Shown piece by piece: positions 1-8,732 of a stretch of 50,326 nucleotides of DNA. Source of the DNA: a virus (Duplodnaviria; Caudoviricetes); IMG/VR virus record IMGVR_UViG_3300016643_000322, positions 1-50,326 of that record; one strand, given 5' to 3'. The notes beneath the pieces were generated by a model. The model saw only the letters and a program-made list of their open reading frames with translations. It searched no databases and was not told where the DNA came from. Within the stretch, counting starts at the first letter, position 1, and each line of letters starts with the position of its first letter. The position numbers and the translations under genes were made by a program.

Positions 1-1113
1 GTGAGCTACACGGCACAGATCCGCATCAAGCGCGACGGAGTGCAAGTCTACCAAGAGAGCCAGACCTTCGCCCGAAAACAGGCCGCCCAGGCGTGGGCAC
101 GCAAGCGCGGCTCGGAGCTGGATGAACCTGGTGCGATCGAGCGCGCAAACCGAAAGGGCGCCACGCTCAAAGAAATGACTGATCGCTACCTGGTCGAAGT
201 GGAGAAAGCCAAGCCGCTGGGCAAGACCAAGCGCGCCACACTCAATGCGATTGGCGAAACTTACCTGGGCAAGTTGACCGATACGGATATCAACACCCAG
301 TGCCTGATCGATTATGCACTTTGGCGGATGAGCGGGGAGGGCGGTGGCGTTCAGCCCCAAACCGCTGGCAATGACCTGGCGCACCTCGGTGCGGTGCTGG
401 CAATTGCCAAAGACGCATGGGGCTACCAGGTCGATCCGCTCGCCATGGGCGGTGCGCGGCGTGTATTACGCAAGCTCGGCTACAACCTGAAAAGCCGTGA
501 GCGTGACCGCCGACCGACATTGGATGAGCTGGGACGGGTGCTGACGCACTACCAGGCCATGCAGGAGAGGCGCCCGACCGTCATAAATATGCTGAAGGTC
601 GTGGGCTTCGCCCTGTTCTCCACGCGCCGGCTCGATGAAATAACCCGAATTCGCTGGGCAGACGTCGACGAGGCCGGCCAGCGGGTGCTGGTGCGCGACA
701 TGAAAAACCCAGGGCAGAAGATCGGCAACGATGTTTGGTGTTACCTGCCGGACGAGGCATGGCACATCCTCCTGACGATGCCGAAGGCCGGCGAAGACAT
801 CTTCCCCTACAGCCCTGAGTCGATCTCCACGTCCTGGACGAAAGCCTGCAAGTTTTTGACCATCGCGGATCTGCACTTCCACGACCTCCGGCATGAAGGT
901 GTCAGCCGCCTGTTCGAAATGGACTGGGATATTCCGCGTGTGGCGAGCGTTTCCGGCCACAGGGATTGGAATTCAATGAGGCGTTACACCCACCTTCGCG
1001 GTCGGGGCGACCGCTATGTGGGCTGGGAGTGGCACGAAAAGATTCTGAGGGCGCCCGTCCAACTGGGCGCCGCATCGCAGAAGTGGCTCAAACGGCGTGT
1101 TTTATCCCGTTGA
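1..1113 (+). CDS. int: Tyrosine recombinase/integrase (Rci-like, dusA-associated type); true start probably just upstream of window
   Basis: Catalytic motifs STRRLDEI, FHDLRHE, SGHRDW, RRYTHL; RDMKNPGQKIGND motif resembles that of the integrase at 38385. Confidence 0.93.
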   Translation: MSYTAQIRIKRDGVQVYQESQTFARKQAAQAWARKRGSELDEPGAIERANRKGATLKEMTDRYLVEVEKAKPLGKTKRATLNAIGETYLGKLTDTDINTQCLIDYALWRMSGEGGGVQPQTAGNDLAHLGAVLAIAKDAWGYQVDPLAMGGARRVLRKLGYNLKSRERDRRPTLDELGRVLTHYQAMQERRPTVINMLKVVGFALFSTRRLDEITRIRWADVDEAGQRVLVRDMKNPGQKIGNDVWCYLPDEAWHILLTMPKAGEDIFPYSPESISTSWTKACKFLTIADLHFHDLRHEGVSRLFEMDWDIPRVASVSGHRDWNSMRRYTHLRGRGDRYVGWEWHEKILRAPVQLGAASQKWLKRRVLSR

Positions 1114-1363
1114 GCTGGTTGTGCTCTTTAACCGCGGCTGCGCGCTGTAGGTCCAGGTACGCGGCGAGGTCGGTGAGGTGGATGCCCTTGGCCGACTTCT
1201 GGCTCGGCTCCAGGCGGGTGATGGGCAACTTGATCTGACCGCTCATCACCTTGCGTTGGAACATGTCCGGCGTCAGATGCGTGAAGTAATCCCGGCAAAC
1301 CAGCTCCAACGAGATGACCGCCTGGCCGTCGTACTGGGCCATCAGGATAAAGGCTGTGTTCAT
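1088..1363 (-). CDS. PrtN (pyocin activator)-family DNA-binding protein, possible excisionase
   Basis: MNTAFILMAQYDGQAVISLELVCRDYFTHL...IHLTDLAAYLD matches the PrtN-like pattern; convergent with int. Confidence 0.75.
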   Translation of the reverse strand: MNTAFILMAQYDGQAVISLELVCRDYFTHLTPDMFQRKVMSGQIKLPITRLEPSQKSAKGIHLTDLAAYLDLQRAAAVKEHNQLNGIKHAV

Positions 1364-1365
1364 AT

Positions 1366-1662
1366 CTAAACTCCCGGACGGCCTTTGAAGGCAAGCCAAA
1401 TGTAGTGGCGACCTTTGGCTGTGATCTTGATCTTGCTGGTCTGCTTGTTCCAAGTGATCAGGCGCAACTCGTCGAGGATCGTTGTCAGCGTGTGGCCCTG
1501 GTGCCAACCAGCCAGTGCCTTGATACAGCCTTGGGCAAGTAGGCCACGGAAGTCGGTGTGGCCGAAGTTGGTACCCTGGAATGCGCCCAGCATCACCTCG
1601 TCGGACACCAGGTCGGTGATGACCCTTACGGCCGGGTCGCTTCGGTAGCATTTATGAGTCAT
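1366..1662 (-). CDS. Phage hypothetical protein
   Basis: ORF tightly packed in early operon. Confidence 0.6.
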   Translation of the reverse strand: MTHKCYRSDPAVRVITDLVSDEVMLGAFQGTNFGHTDFRGLLAQGCIKALAGWHQGHTLTTILDELRLITWNKQTSKIKITAKGRHYIWLAFKGRPGV

Positions 1663-1996
1663 AGCCCTCACCCTCAGCCGGGTTGAGGGAGTCGATGCGA
1701 TCCCAAATTTTTTTACCTACCGCATCGCAGCTTTCGCGATTTGGACCCAGCCAAGTGCGCCATACCTCCAATAGCTCTTCCGATGCTACCAGGCGCTGCT
1801 GCAGAGTGTCGGTAAGCTCAATCCTTCGATCAAGTGCGCGCTCTGCGAAGTACAGCTTTTCAACGAGGGTCGACTCGCGTGCCAGGGAGGCGTCAAAGTC
1901 TTCGGCGAGAACTACGACTGGCTGGAACACAGCTTTGCTCTCACCTTCAACACCAGGGATGAAACCTTTCAACTTCCAGCGCTTTACTTCGTTCAT
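1652..1996 (-). CDS. Phage hypothetical protein (coiled-coil centre)
   Basis: ORF with purine-rich RBS, overlaps next gene. Confidence 0.6.
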   Translation of the reverse strand: MNEVKRWKLKGFIPGVEGESKAVFQPVVVLAEDFDASLARESTLVEKLYFAERALDRRIELTDTLQQRLVASEELLEVWRTWLGPNRESCDAVGKKIWDRIDSLNPAEGEGYDS

Positions 1997-2006
1997 AAAG
2001 CCCCCT

Positions 2007-2258
2007 CTACATTCGAAACGATTGATGAATGAACGTCGGCTGTGCCTTATGTTCTGCGGGTTTCGCCATGTCGCCCTGGACCTCGCAAACGAACCGATGC
2101 CGCTTCCGGTTGGGTGCCGTCAGTGCCTCGGTCAAACCTGGCACGGCGTTACTGCACTCCTCGTAAGCGTGAGGGCCGCTCCAGCTGTCAGCCTTCACCA
2201 CCTGGCAATCTGTGTGGGTCGCATCCGCACACAGGTACAGAAGCAGGAGTACGGTCAT
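2007..2258 (-). CDS. Phage hypothetical protein, hydrophobic N-terminus, four Cys
   Basis: ATGA overlap with upstream ORF. Confidence 0.6.
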   Translation of the reverse strand: MTVLLLLYLCADATHTDCQVVKADSWSGPHAYEECSNAVPGLTEALTAPNRKRHRFVCEVQGDMAKPAEHKAQPTFIHQSFRM

Positions 2259-2572
2259 GACTCGTCTCCCGGAAACCCCGGAAAGTCATCGTTGGCGTCA
2301 AGTTCGGCGTAGGCGAACAGCCTCCAATGGATACCGCGACGAAGGTAATGGCCGAGCATCCAGTGGATAACGGCGGCTTGCTCATCTTCACTACGCTCTC
2401 CAATACAGTGCCCTTGCTGTCGAAGCAGTTGGGCTGTATCGGCTAATTTGGTGTGAGGAATACCAAGGATGTAGCGCAGGTCAGCGGTTAGTTCCAATGG
2501 TGCCGATACTGGTGTCACTGGCTCAAAAGAGTGAAAAGTGCGGGTGTCGTTCGAATCTTGATTTGAATGCAT
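2255..2572 (-). CDS. Phage hypothetical protein
   Basis: Strong RBS AAAGGAGAAGCACC-ATG. Confidence 0.7.
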   Translation of the reverse strand: MHSNQDSNDTRTFHSFEPVTPVSAPLELTADLRYILGIPHTKLADTAQLLRQQGHCIGERSEDEQAAVIHWMLGHYLRRGIHWRLFAYAELDANDDFPGFPGDES

Positions 2573-2625
2573 GGTGCTTCTCCTTTCAGGCAGTGGGGGA
2601 GTTGCAGCTCCCCGTGTCCTGCCTG
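2569..2625 (-). repeat. Hairpin(GCTGCAAC)-RBS module, copy 3
   Basis: Sense strand CAGGCAG..GGGGAG-CTGCAA-CTCCCC..CTGCCTG-AAAGGAGAAGCACCATGC. Confidence 0.85.
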
Positions 2626-2634
2626 TGTTGGGTA

Positions 2635-2865
2635 TCAGTGCGCGTATCGACGCGGTTTGTTTTGTCTGGCGGCCTCACGCTCGGCCATGAAAGCCGCCCA
2701 CTCCGCCGTTTTGGTCTGCTGACGGATACGGCTACAGGCCTGGTGTTTGCGGGTGTAGCGGGCATTGCCGCAGATATCGCAACGACTGGGCAGATCAAGC
2801 CGATGGCTTGCCATGGTTGGGCGCCCGCGTTCAGGGCTGGCGTGCTCAGGCATTTGCCACCTCAA
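2635..2865 (-). CDS. Small Cys/His putative zinc-binding phage protein (start uncertain)
   Basis: CDIC...HQAC motif; operon packing. Confidence 0.6.
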   Translation of the reverse strand: MRWQMPEHASPERGRPTMASHRLDLPSRCDICGNARYTRKHQACSRIRQQTKTAEWAAFMAEREAARQNKPRRYAH

Positions 2866-3454
2866 TCGCCTTCAGCTTTGCAAGGCGTGCGGTCTCGTAC
2901 TCGCTGGCCAGGATCTCAACTGCGCCGTCAATCCATCCGCTTGATGGTTGGCCAGCTGCTACTTGGGAGTCGTGTTCGGCTTTGTTGATCTGGAATCCCA
3001 GGTGGAAATAAGCGGTGCCATCGAGTTCAAACTTGATGCCGCCACACAACCACAGGTTGCCGCTATTCACGCCGAGTTGGTCCCAGTACTCGGTACTGCT
3101 CAAGCGTGCAGGGCAATGCTCGTTCCACAATGCGACAAGGCGTTGATGTTCCGCCCGGATGGCAGCTCGTTCGTCTTTCGATATGCCTTTTCCAGGCTTG
3201 GCAGCAGTGCGCAGTGTCCGATATCCATGGTTATCAGGACGGCACCAGTGAACATCCAGCTCGGCACCGCCGCTGAGTTTCACGCCTCCTGCAAAGTGAG
3301 AGTCGACATCACGCATTGGTGCGACCTTGCCGCCGAAGTGCACTCCCAGCGCGGTCAGTAACGCGCTGAAAGCATCCTTCATGACGTAAAAGCTCCGAAC
3401 AATTTCGACGGTTTCAGGCGCGCTGGACTTATAAAAGTAGTCAGCCATGATCAC
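2846..3454 (-). CDS. Phage hypothetical protein
   Basis: 202-aa ORF, ATGA overlap with upstream gene. Confidence 0.7.
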   Translation of the reverse strand: MIMADYFYKSSAPETVEIVRSFYVMKDAFSALLTALGVHFGGKVAPMRDVDSHFAGGVKLSGGAELDVHWCRPDNHGYRTLRTAAKPGKGISKDERAAIRAEHQRLVALWNEHCPARLSSTEYWDQLGVNSGNLWLCGGIKFELDGTAYFHLGFQINKAEHDSQVAAGQPSSGWIDGAVEILASEYETARLAKLKAIEVANA

Positions 3455-3714
3455 TCCCCTCCCATAAGCATGCGCGTCAGCGCATTGGGCTGGTCCGCGG
3501 GCGTCAATTTACTGAGCGGCTGTGTAGTGGTTCGGCCATTTGCACTGCGCAATGTCGCTATATCGCCAGTGATTGCCTCGATTACGGCATTGCGAGCGCT
3601 GAAACGGTAGCTACGGCCACCACCACTGATAGCGACGTAACTGACCTCGTCTCCGACAGCAAGCGGGGTTGTGGTAGCCTCTGCGATGCCGCCTTGGGGT
3701 TGATTCACTTGCAT
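3451..3714 (-). CDS. Phage hypothetical protein (possible KOW/SH3-like beta barrel)
   Basis: Start MQVNQ after repeated RBS; LAVGDEVSY pattern. Confidence 0.65.
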   Translation of the reverse strand: MQVNQPQGGIAEATTTPLAVGDEVSYVAISGGGRSYRFSARNAVIEAITGDIATLRSANGRTTTQPLSKLTPADQPNALTRMLMGGE

Positions 3715-3770
3715 GGTGCTTCTCCTTTGGGTGGTCGGTGTCGAGGGGTTGCAGCCCCTCGGCACCACCT
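3711..3770 (-). repeat. Hairpin(GCTGCAAC)-RBS module, copy 2
   Basis: Sense GGTGCCGAGGGG-CTGCAA-CCCCTCGACACC-GACCACCCAAAGGAGAAGCACCATGC. Confidence 0.85.
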
Positions 3771-3772
3771 TC

Positions 3773-4084
3773 TTACTGGCTTTCGCCAGTTGTTTTTTGC
3801 TTGCGCACCAGGTGCACAAGCACATTTTCAAGTTCGGCAACCTCTTCGGTTTCTGTCTGCCACAGCAGGACGGCGACGATTTGTTCGGGGCTGCACTCCA
3901 GCACCAGAATTTCAAAATCGGTTGCCGCGCTAACTTCCAGAATTTTGACCAGGTCGTCAGGCGCATAGGCCTCGGCGTGAATGATCTTTGAGCTCTCCCC
4001 AAACCACTCCCTCAGCTCTTCCAGATGTCTGTGACGGTTCGTTGCGCCGTTTTGGCCGCCGCTTGCGATGACTTGTACGTGCAT
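3773..4084 (-). CDS. Phage hypothetical protein (degenerate P-loop-like N-terminus)
   Basis: Start MHVQVIASGGQNGAT after repeated RBS. Confidence 0.65.
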   Translation of the reverse strand: MHVQVIASGGQNGATNRHRHLEELREWFGESSKIIHAEAYAPDDLVKILEVSAATDFEILVLECSPEQIVAVLLWQTETEEVAELENVLVHLVRKQKTTGESQ

Positions 4085-4128
4085 GGTGCTTCTCCTTTGG
4101 GTGGTGTCAGACGTTGCAGCGTCTGGCA
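4081..4128 (-). repeat. Hairpin(GCTGCAAC)-RBS module, copy 1
   Basis: Sense TGCCAGACG-CTGCAA-CGTCTGACA-CCACCCAAAGGAGAAGCACCATGC. Confidence 0.85.
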
Positions 4129-4146
4129 GGTATTGCCGTTGATGAA

Positions 4147-6960
4147 TCAGGCCTGGAAGTGCCAGCACTTCACGATGGGTTGTTTCGTGACGACGGCGTT
4201 GGTCTTGCTGGCCTGGTGAGCCCGTACCGCGCTGTCGGTCGCCTTGTTGACGTCGAGCAGCTTCCGCGAGCGGGAGTCCTTCAGGCGCTCGCGCAGCTCG
4301 CTGACGTCGGCGATTTTTTGTCGGTTTTCTGCCGCGCATTTCACGAAGTCGTTGAGGTTTATGGCGATGACGTGGTCTTTCTTGCTGTGGTTGACCACCG
4401 GGCCATCGGCGTCCAGGCCTTCCAGGTATTCGTAAACTTCCCAGAATTCAGCCACCACCGGATGGTCGGAGCTGATCGAGGCTTGGCGCTCAATTGCCAT
4501 GCGGATGATCTGCGAGCGGGTGTGCTCGACCTGTGCATTGGTGAGCGGCACCACCATGCACAGGCAGTCCAGCAGGGTGAGCATTTGGGCGTGGTTCTTG
4601 TTGATTCGCTCCACCCGGATGTAGCCCCGCAGCTTGTTGCCGCAATGGCTACATTCGCCGTGCTCGTCTTTGAATAGGGTGTCGCAGGCAAAACAATGGG
4701 AATGCAGGTTGCGCAACTTCGCTTCGTAGCCCGCAACCCGCTGGCCGAACAGTTCCATCACCTCCAGTTCTTTACGCACGGCCTGCAGCACAAAGTTGCT
4801 GAGTGTCGAACCTTCTAGCGCGTTGAGCCGATCTGCCGCCGCACGGCTTTCAGCGGTGACGTTGGGTCGCACGAAGTGCAGTTTGACGATGCGGGTCATG
4901 ATCGCCTCTGAAGCCACTACAGGGGCGTTCTGGCTGATGGCGATGGTGCCGCGAAACGGCGGTTCGTAGGTTTCGTTACCTGCGGTTTTCACACCCTTGG
5001 TCGCCAGGGTGCCGCCGCCGTAGTAATCCTTGAGTTCGTCCCATTCGAAGGTTTTGGCATGGGCTTTGTCGTCGCCGCTACGGTCCGATTCCAGTAGCAC
5101 GATGGGCATCCCGGAGACCTGGCCCATCAAGCGGCTGCGGCCGGCCTTGGTGGATTTGGACGGGTCAAACCCTTCGTATCCGTCGCGCCCCGCGAGTTTC
5201 CATAGCAGCGTGAGCAACGTGGTCTTGCCGGCGCCGGCCTCGCCAGTGGCCTCAAGGAAAGGAAACGACTGGTACCGGCCGCGGATCTGCTCGGCGAACA
5301 GCGAGCCAAACCAGAAGGTCAACGCCACGATGCCCTGGGCACCAAAGCACTGCCACAGAAGCCCAAGCCACTGGTCATCGTATTTTTTGCCATCCTTTTC
5401 AAGATCGATCTTCACACCCTTTTGCAGAGTCTTGAGTTTCAACTTGCCCATCTCAAAAAACTCTTCCTCGTTGATGTGGATCACCTGGCCTTCACGGATG
5501 GCGACGTCGTTGAACACGTAGCAGTGGTATTCCTTGCTGTAGCCCACGTAGTCGATGGTCTGAACCGTCTTGATGCCGAAAAGCTGGTCTTTCATGAGTT
5601 TGTCCAATTGCTGACCACTGCCGGTGAACACGGCTCCGGCACCCATGCCGAGAAGTCTTTTTTTGAATTCGCTCGCAGCGGCGACCTGTCCGCCCGTGAA
5701 GGTGTTTTTCACTGAGCCGCCGTCGTGCGGGAAGTCGACGCGGAAGAAGTACCAGGACTCGTCGGTAATCTCGTTGCGCTGGAAATAGAGGGCTTTGGGG
5801 TAGCAGTTGGCGATCTCGACGACGCAGCCGGCGACGTTCAGTGCCTTCTCCCGCAGCTGCTTTTCATTGAGTGTTTGGGCTTCGTGGCCATCGCTCTTTT
5901 CGAGGGCCTGCTTGGCGTTGTTGTATTTCGCCAGGTCCAACTTCCACCAGTACAGGCGGGAGTCGAAACAGAAGTGGAATTCCTCCCGTTCACGCCACTG
6001 GTACATGAGCAAAGCCTTGTCGCTGGCACTTTCTGCGATCAGCAGGGCGCCCTGGTGGCGGGCTTCTTTCAAGTCACTTTCGATGCGATCAGCGCGGGCT
6101 TTTTCGTCGTCGATAAACGCCCAGCGTTGATGCAGATCGTTCCAGTCAACCTTGCGGGCGTCAGGCTGTGACAGCTGAGCAGCCTCGCAGGTAAAACCGA
6201 GTTCGCGGGCACGGTTGACCCACATACGGGTGTACTTGTGAGCGCCTGGCTCGTTATCCAGAGCCCAAACCAGCTTCGGGGTTTTACCGCCGCGAGCGGT
6301 GATCAGGGCCTTGAGCGATTCCTCTGGAAAGGCGTTGGAGGACAGCGCCGCAACCGCAGAGATACCGTTTTGAATGAGCGCTATGGCGTCGAAGATGCCT
6401 TCAACGATCCACAGCTCATTTACTTCCAGCAGATCCACGCACGGCGGGCACCACCAGTGCCCCCTGTAGCTCTTGAGGGGTTGGAAGCGGGCCTTCTTCT
6501 TACCGAACCGTGACGGTTGGTCAATCAAGCGCTCCCAGTACCCGCCGTGTTCCAGAGGGAAGCGCACGGTGGCAGAGCCAATATTCAGGTCGCGATCAAA
6601 GTAGCTTTCCTGGGTGTACCAGCCCTCTATCAGCTCAACGCGGAAACCTCGGGAAAATGTTAGGTAGGCCTTTGCGCTGGCGGCAGGCTCGTCTCGGGTG
6701 GCCGGTGCACGCTTGCTCCAATCGTCGAACAGGTCCGGGTAAAGCTCTTTGGTGGGAGCCATGTACCGGCAATTTTTCTCGCGGCCACAGCGGATGAACC
6801 AGGGTTCATCGTGGCGCGAAAACAAACGTTTCTGATTGCACTGCGGGCAGGTGCCCTTACGCATGTAATGCGTGCCTTTCATGTGCTGAAGGCCGTAATC
6901 AGATTCCAGGCGCTGAAGAACATCAGCGCGAATCTTGTTTTCCATGGGCTTGCGAATCAC
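4147..6960 (-). CDS. Zinc finger-toprim-P-loop primase/helicase replication protein
   Basis: CPQC..RCGREKNC zinc finger, WIVEGIFDAIAL/ALDNE toprim, Walker A GEAGAGKTT, Walker B-like IVLLESD. Confidence 0.88.
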   Translation of the reverse strand: MIRKPMENKIRADVLQRLESDYGLQHMKGTHYMRKGTCPQCNQKRLFSRHDEPWFIRCGREKNCRYMAPTKELYPDLFDDWSKRAPATRDEPAASAKAYLTFSRGFRVELIEGWYTQESYFDRDLNIGSATVRFPLEHGGYWERLIDQPSRFGKKKARFQPLKSYRGHWWCPPCVDLLEVNELWIVEGIFDAIALIQNGISAVAALSSNAFPEESLKALITARGGKTPKLVWALDNEPGAHKYTRMWVNRARELGFTCEAAQLSQPDARKVDWNDLHQRWAFIDDEKARADRIESDLKEARHQGALLIAESASDKALLMYQWREREEFHFCFDSRLYWWKLDLAKYNNAKQALEKSDGHEAQTLNEKQLREKALNVAGCVVEIANCYPKALYFQRNEITDESWYFFRVDFPHDGGSVKNTFTGGQVAAASEFKKRLLGMGAGAVFTGSGQQLDKLMKDQLFGIKTVQTIDYVGYSKEYHCYVFNDVAIREGQVIHINEEEFFEMGKLKLKTLQKGVKIDLEKDGKKYDDQWLGLLWQCFGAQGIVALTFWFGSLFAEQIRGRYQSFPFLEATGEAGAGKTTLLTLLWKLAGRDGYEGFDPSKSTKAGRSRLMGQVSGMPIVLLESDRSGDDKAHAKTFEWDELKDYYGGGTLATKGVKTAGNETYEPPFRGTIAISQNAPVVASEAIMTRIVKLHFVRPNVTAESRAAADRLNALEGSTLSNFVLQAVRKELEVMELFGQRVAGYEAKLRNLHSHCFACDTLFKDEHGECSHCGNKLRGYIRVERINKNHAQMLTLLDCLCMVVPLTNAQVEHTRSQIIRMAIERQASISSDHPVVAEFWEVYEYLEGLDADGPVVNHSKKDHVIAINLNDFVKCAAENRQKIADVSELRERLKDSRSRKLLDVNKATDSAVRAHQASKTNAVVTKQPIVKCWHFQA

Positions 6961-7211
6961 TGCACATGCTCCGCAGGCGTAACAACGAGCTGTTTTTTCA
7001 GCTCGCTGCGCGTCTTGCAGATGCCTGCCAGGTAGGGCAAGTCCTCAAGCACCTTCGGCGCGCGCTGACCACTTGGCACATTCCGGTAGCGGTCGGAGTA
7101 CCAAATATCAGCCATGGTGACTTCGTACTGACTGGTCAACCACAACAGGTAGTGCTGCGCCTGTTGTTCGTCCAGCTCCAGTTTTATGGTGATTTTGCTC
7201 ATTTCGGCCAC
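6957..7211 (-). CDS. Phage hypothetical protein
   Basis: ORF overlapping primase start. Confidence 0.65.
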   Translation of the reverse strand: MAEMSKITIKLELDEQQAQHYLLWLTSQYEVTMADIWYSDRYRNVPSGQRAPKVLEDLPYLAGICKTRSELKKQLVVTPAEHVQ

Positions 7212-7272
7212 CAGTAAGTTGCAAATTTCCCCTACCCACGCGGTGCGGGCATCTAACAGGGAGGGTTTTGGA

Positions 7273-7647
7273 TTAGTGCGGGAGGTTGCGAGTCAGCAGC
7301 AGGCGTGTGGGGAGCAAGCGTGCTGAAACGGGATGTCGCTGTTGGGTGCAGTTGTCGAGCAGCAAGATCACCGGGCGGAAAGGGCCACTGGTGGGATGGA
7401 TACCCAACCAGGCCACACGCTTGCAGGTCATGCTTTCGAACTCGGCCAGCGCCAGTTCAGCGATGCGCTGCACCTGGTGCGTGGGCACTTCAAGCGACTG
7501 GGTCAAGTACCGTGTGCAGTTCTCTAAAAGCTGGCTGTCGCCGGCAAGATGCTCGCAACGGTGGCGGTACAGATAGGCCACGGCCGCTTGTTGCATCGCG
7601 GCACGGTAATCGCTTGCGGGGTTGGTAGTCAGGGCGATGGTGTTCAT
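7273..7647 (-). CDS. Phage hypothetical protein
   Basis: ATGA overlap with ogr. Confidence 0.65.
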   Translation of the reverse strand: MNTIALTTNPASDYRAAMQQAAVAYLYRHRCEHLAGDSQLLENCTRYLTQSLEVPTHQVQRIAELALAEFESMTCKRVAWLGIHPTSGPFRPVILLLDNCTQQRHPVSARLLPTRLLLTRNLPH

Positions 7648-7937
7648 ACAGGTGCGGCCTCCGTTTCCAGTTGATCCAACAGATCAGGTTGCTCATTGGC
7701 GGTTTTCATTGCCTGGCGACGAATGACCACATCTGCAACTGGCAGCTTTACAGCGGGGTTGGGCATGCCGCTGGGGCTTAGTTCGTGGGTCATTTGAAAT
7801 TCAGCACGCACCGCCCAGCCGCAGGCTTCGTTGGTGCATTGCATGTAGGTGATACGCAAAAAAATATGTTGGCCTTCGCTGGTGCGGATGCGCATGCGTC
7901 CGTGGCAGTGAGGGCAGACGAGCTTGTAGGTGCTCAA
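7644..7937 (-). CDS. ogr: Ogr/Delta-family late transcription activator
   Basis: CPHC..IRTS..Y.QCTNEACG four-Cys zinc finger. Confidence 0.88.
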   Translation of the reverse strand: MSTYKLVCPHCHGRMRIRTSEGQHIFLRITYMQCTNEACGWAVRAEFQMTHELSPSGMPNPAVKLPVADVVIRRQAMKTANEQPDLLDQLETEAAPV

Positions 7938-8407
7938 TGTTTTGGCCCCCGACTGTGCAGCAGAATCGTTGCCAGGACCTCGGAGTGACGAGCCGCCATG
8001 TAATGGCTGTGAGCGCGTAAAATCGCCTCGGCTTCGTCCCGCTCGATGACGCCGTCGTCCAGTGCCTTCGCAATGATCTGGTCGACCACACCGCGCTTGG
8101 CTGCTGCACGCACTGAACGGTTGTAGAGGTCCACGTTGTCCAGTGTTTCAGGCTTGGCGAGGGGGACAAACATGCCGCCGTACATCGCCGCGATGTATTC
8201 CGGCAGGTAGGTGGTGCCCATGTCCTGCTCTAACAGATGGATCTGTTCATCGCTCAGGGGCCGACTGCCGGCGTTTTCGTAGATGTGGTTATCGAACTTC
8301 TTGAGTTCGTATCCAAGGCGGGCTGCAGCGCATTCGCGGCCACCTTCGTAGTCGTTGATCACTGCGCTCATTACCTGGCGCTTGGTCGCTAGAACTGGGC
8401 GTTTCAT
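7934..8407 (-). CDS. CII/YmfL-like phage regulatory protein
   Basis: GGRECAAARLG N-terminal HTH, ALDDGVIERDE C-terminal motif; second gene of early operon. Confidence 0.7.
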   Translation of the reverse strand: MKRPVLATKRQVMSAVINDYEGGRECAAARLGYELKKFDNHIYENAGSRPLSDEQIHLLEQDMGTTYLPEYIAAMYGGMFVPLAKPETLDNVDLYNRSVRAAAKRGVVDQIIAKALDDGVIERDEAEAILRAHSHYMAARHSEVLATILLHSRGPKH

Positions 8408-8436
8408 CTTCTGGTTTCCCCTTGGAGCCAGAGGCC

Positions 8437-8649
8437 CTAATTTGTAATCACGCCGTCTTTGATTCCGAGCAGTACGGCTGCGCGGTGAGCCTCACCGCGC
8501 AAGCACTTCTTCTGTCCGTTCAAAACCGCATAGACCGTCGATGGGTTGAACTCATTTTTTTCGGCCCAGTCTTTGGCCGAGATCCCGAGACGTGCGAGAC
8601 GATCACGGGCCTCTTGGCATGCTTGCTCGATGGGGGATGCGTTCGGCAT
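8437..8649 (-). CDS. Cox/Ner-like lytic repressor (small HTH)
   Basis: GISAKDWA...VYAVLNGQKKCLRGEAHRAAVLLGIK; divergent from XRE repressor. Confidence 0.8.
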   Translation of the reverse strand: MPNASPIEQACQEARDRLARLGISAKDWAEKNEFNPSTVYAVLNGQKKCLRGEAHRAAVLLGIKDGVITN

Positions 8650-8686
8650 AGTCTCGTTTCGTGTGGTTTCGTGTGATGACAGGGGG

Positions 8687-8715
8687 AGAATATTCAACGT
8701 TCGTTGAATAGTCAA
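8687..8715 (-). promoter_or_regulatory. Early sigma70 promoter with palindromic operator in the spacer
   Basis: TTGACT-17 nt-TATTCT on minus strand; inverted repeat TATTCAACG-TT-CGTTGAATA at 8691-8710. Confidence 0.7.
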
Positions 8716-8732
8716 CTCTATAAGGGGTCGTT

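Noticed and set aside
2569-4128. Repeats as a CRISPR array or integron attC sites
   Set aside because: Spacing is gene-sized and irregular; no cas genes or integron integrase; no attC RYYYAAC/GTTRRRY ends
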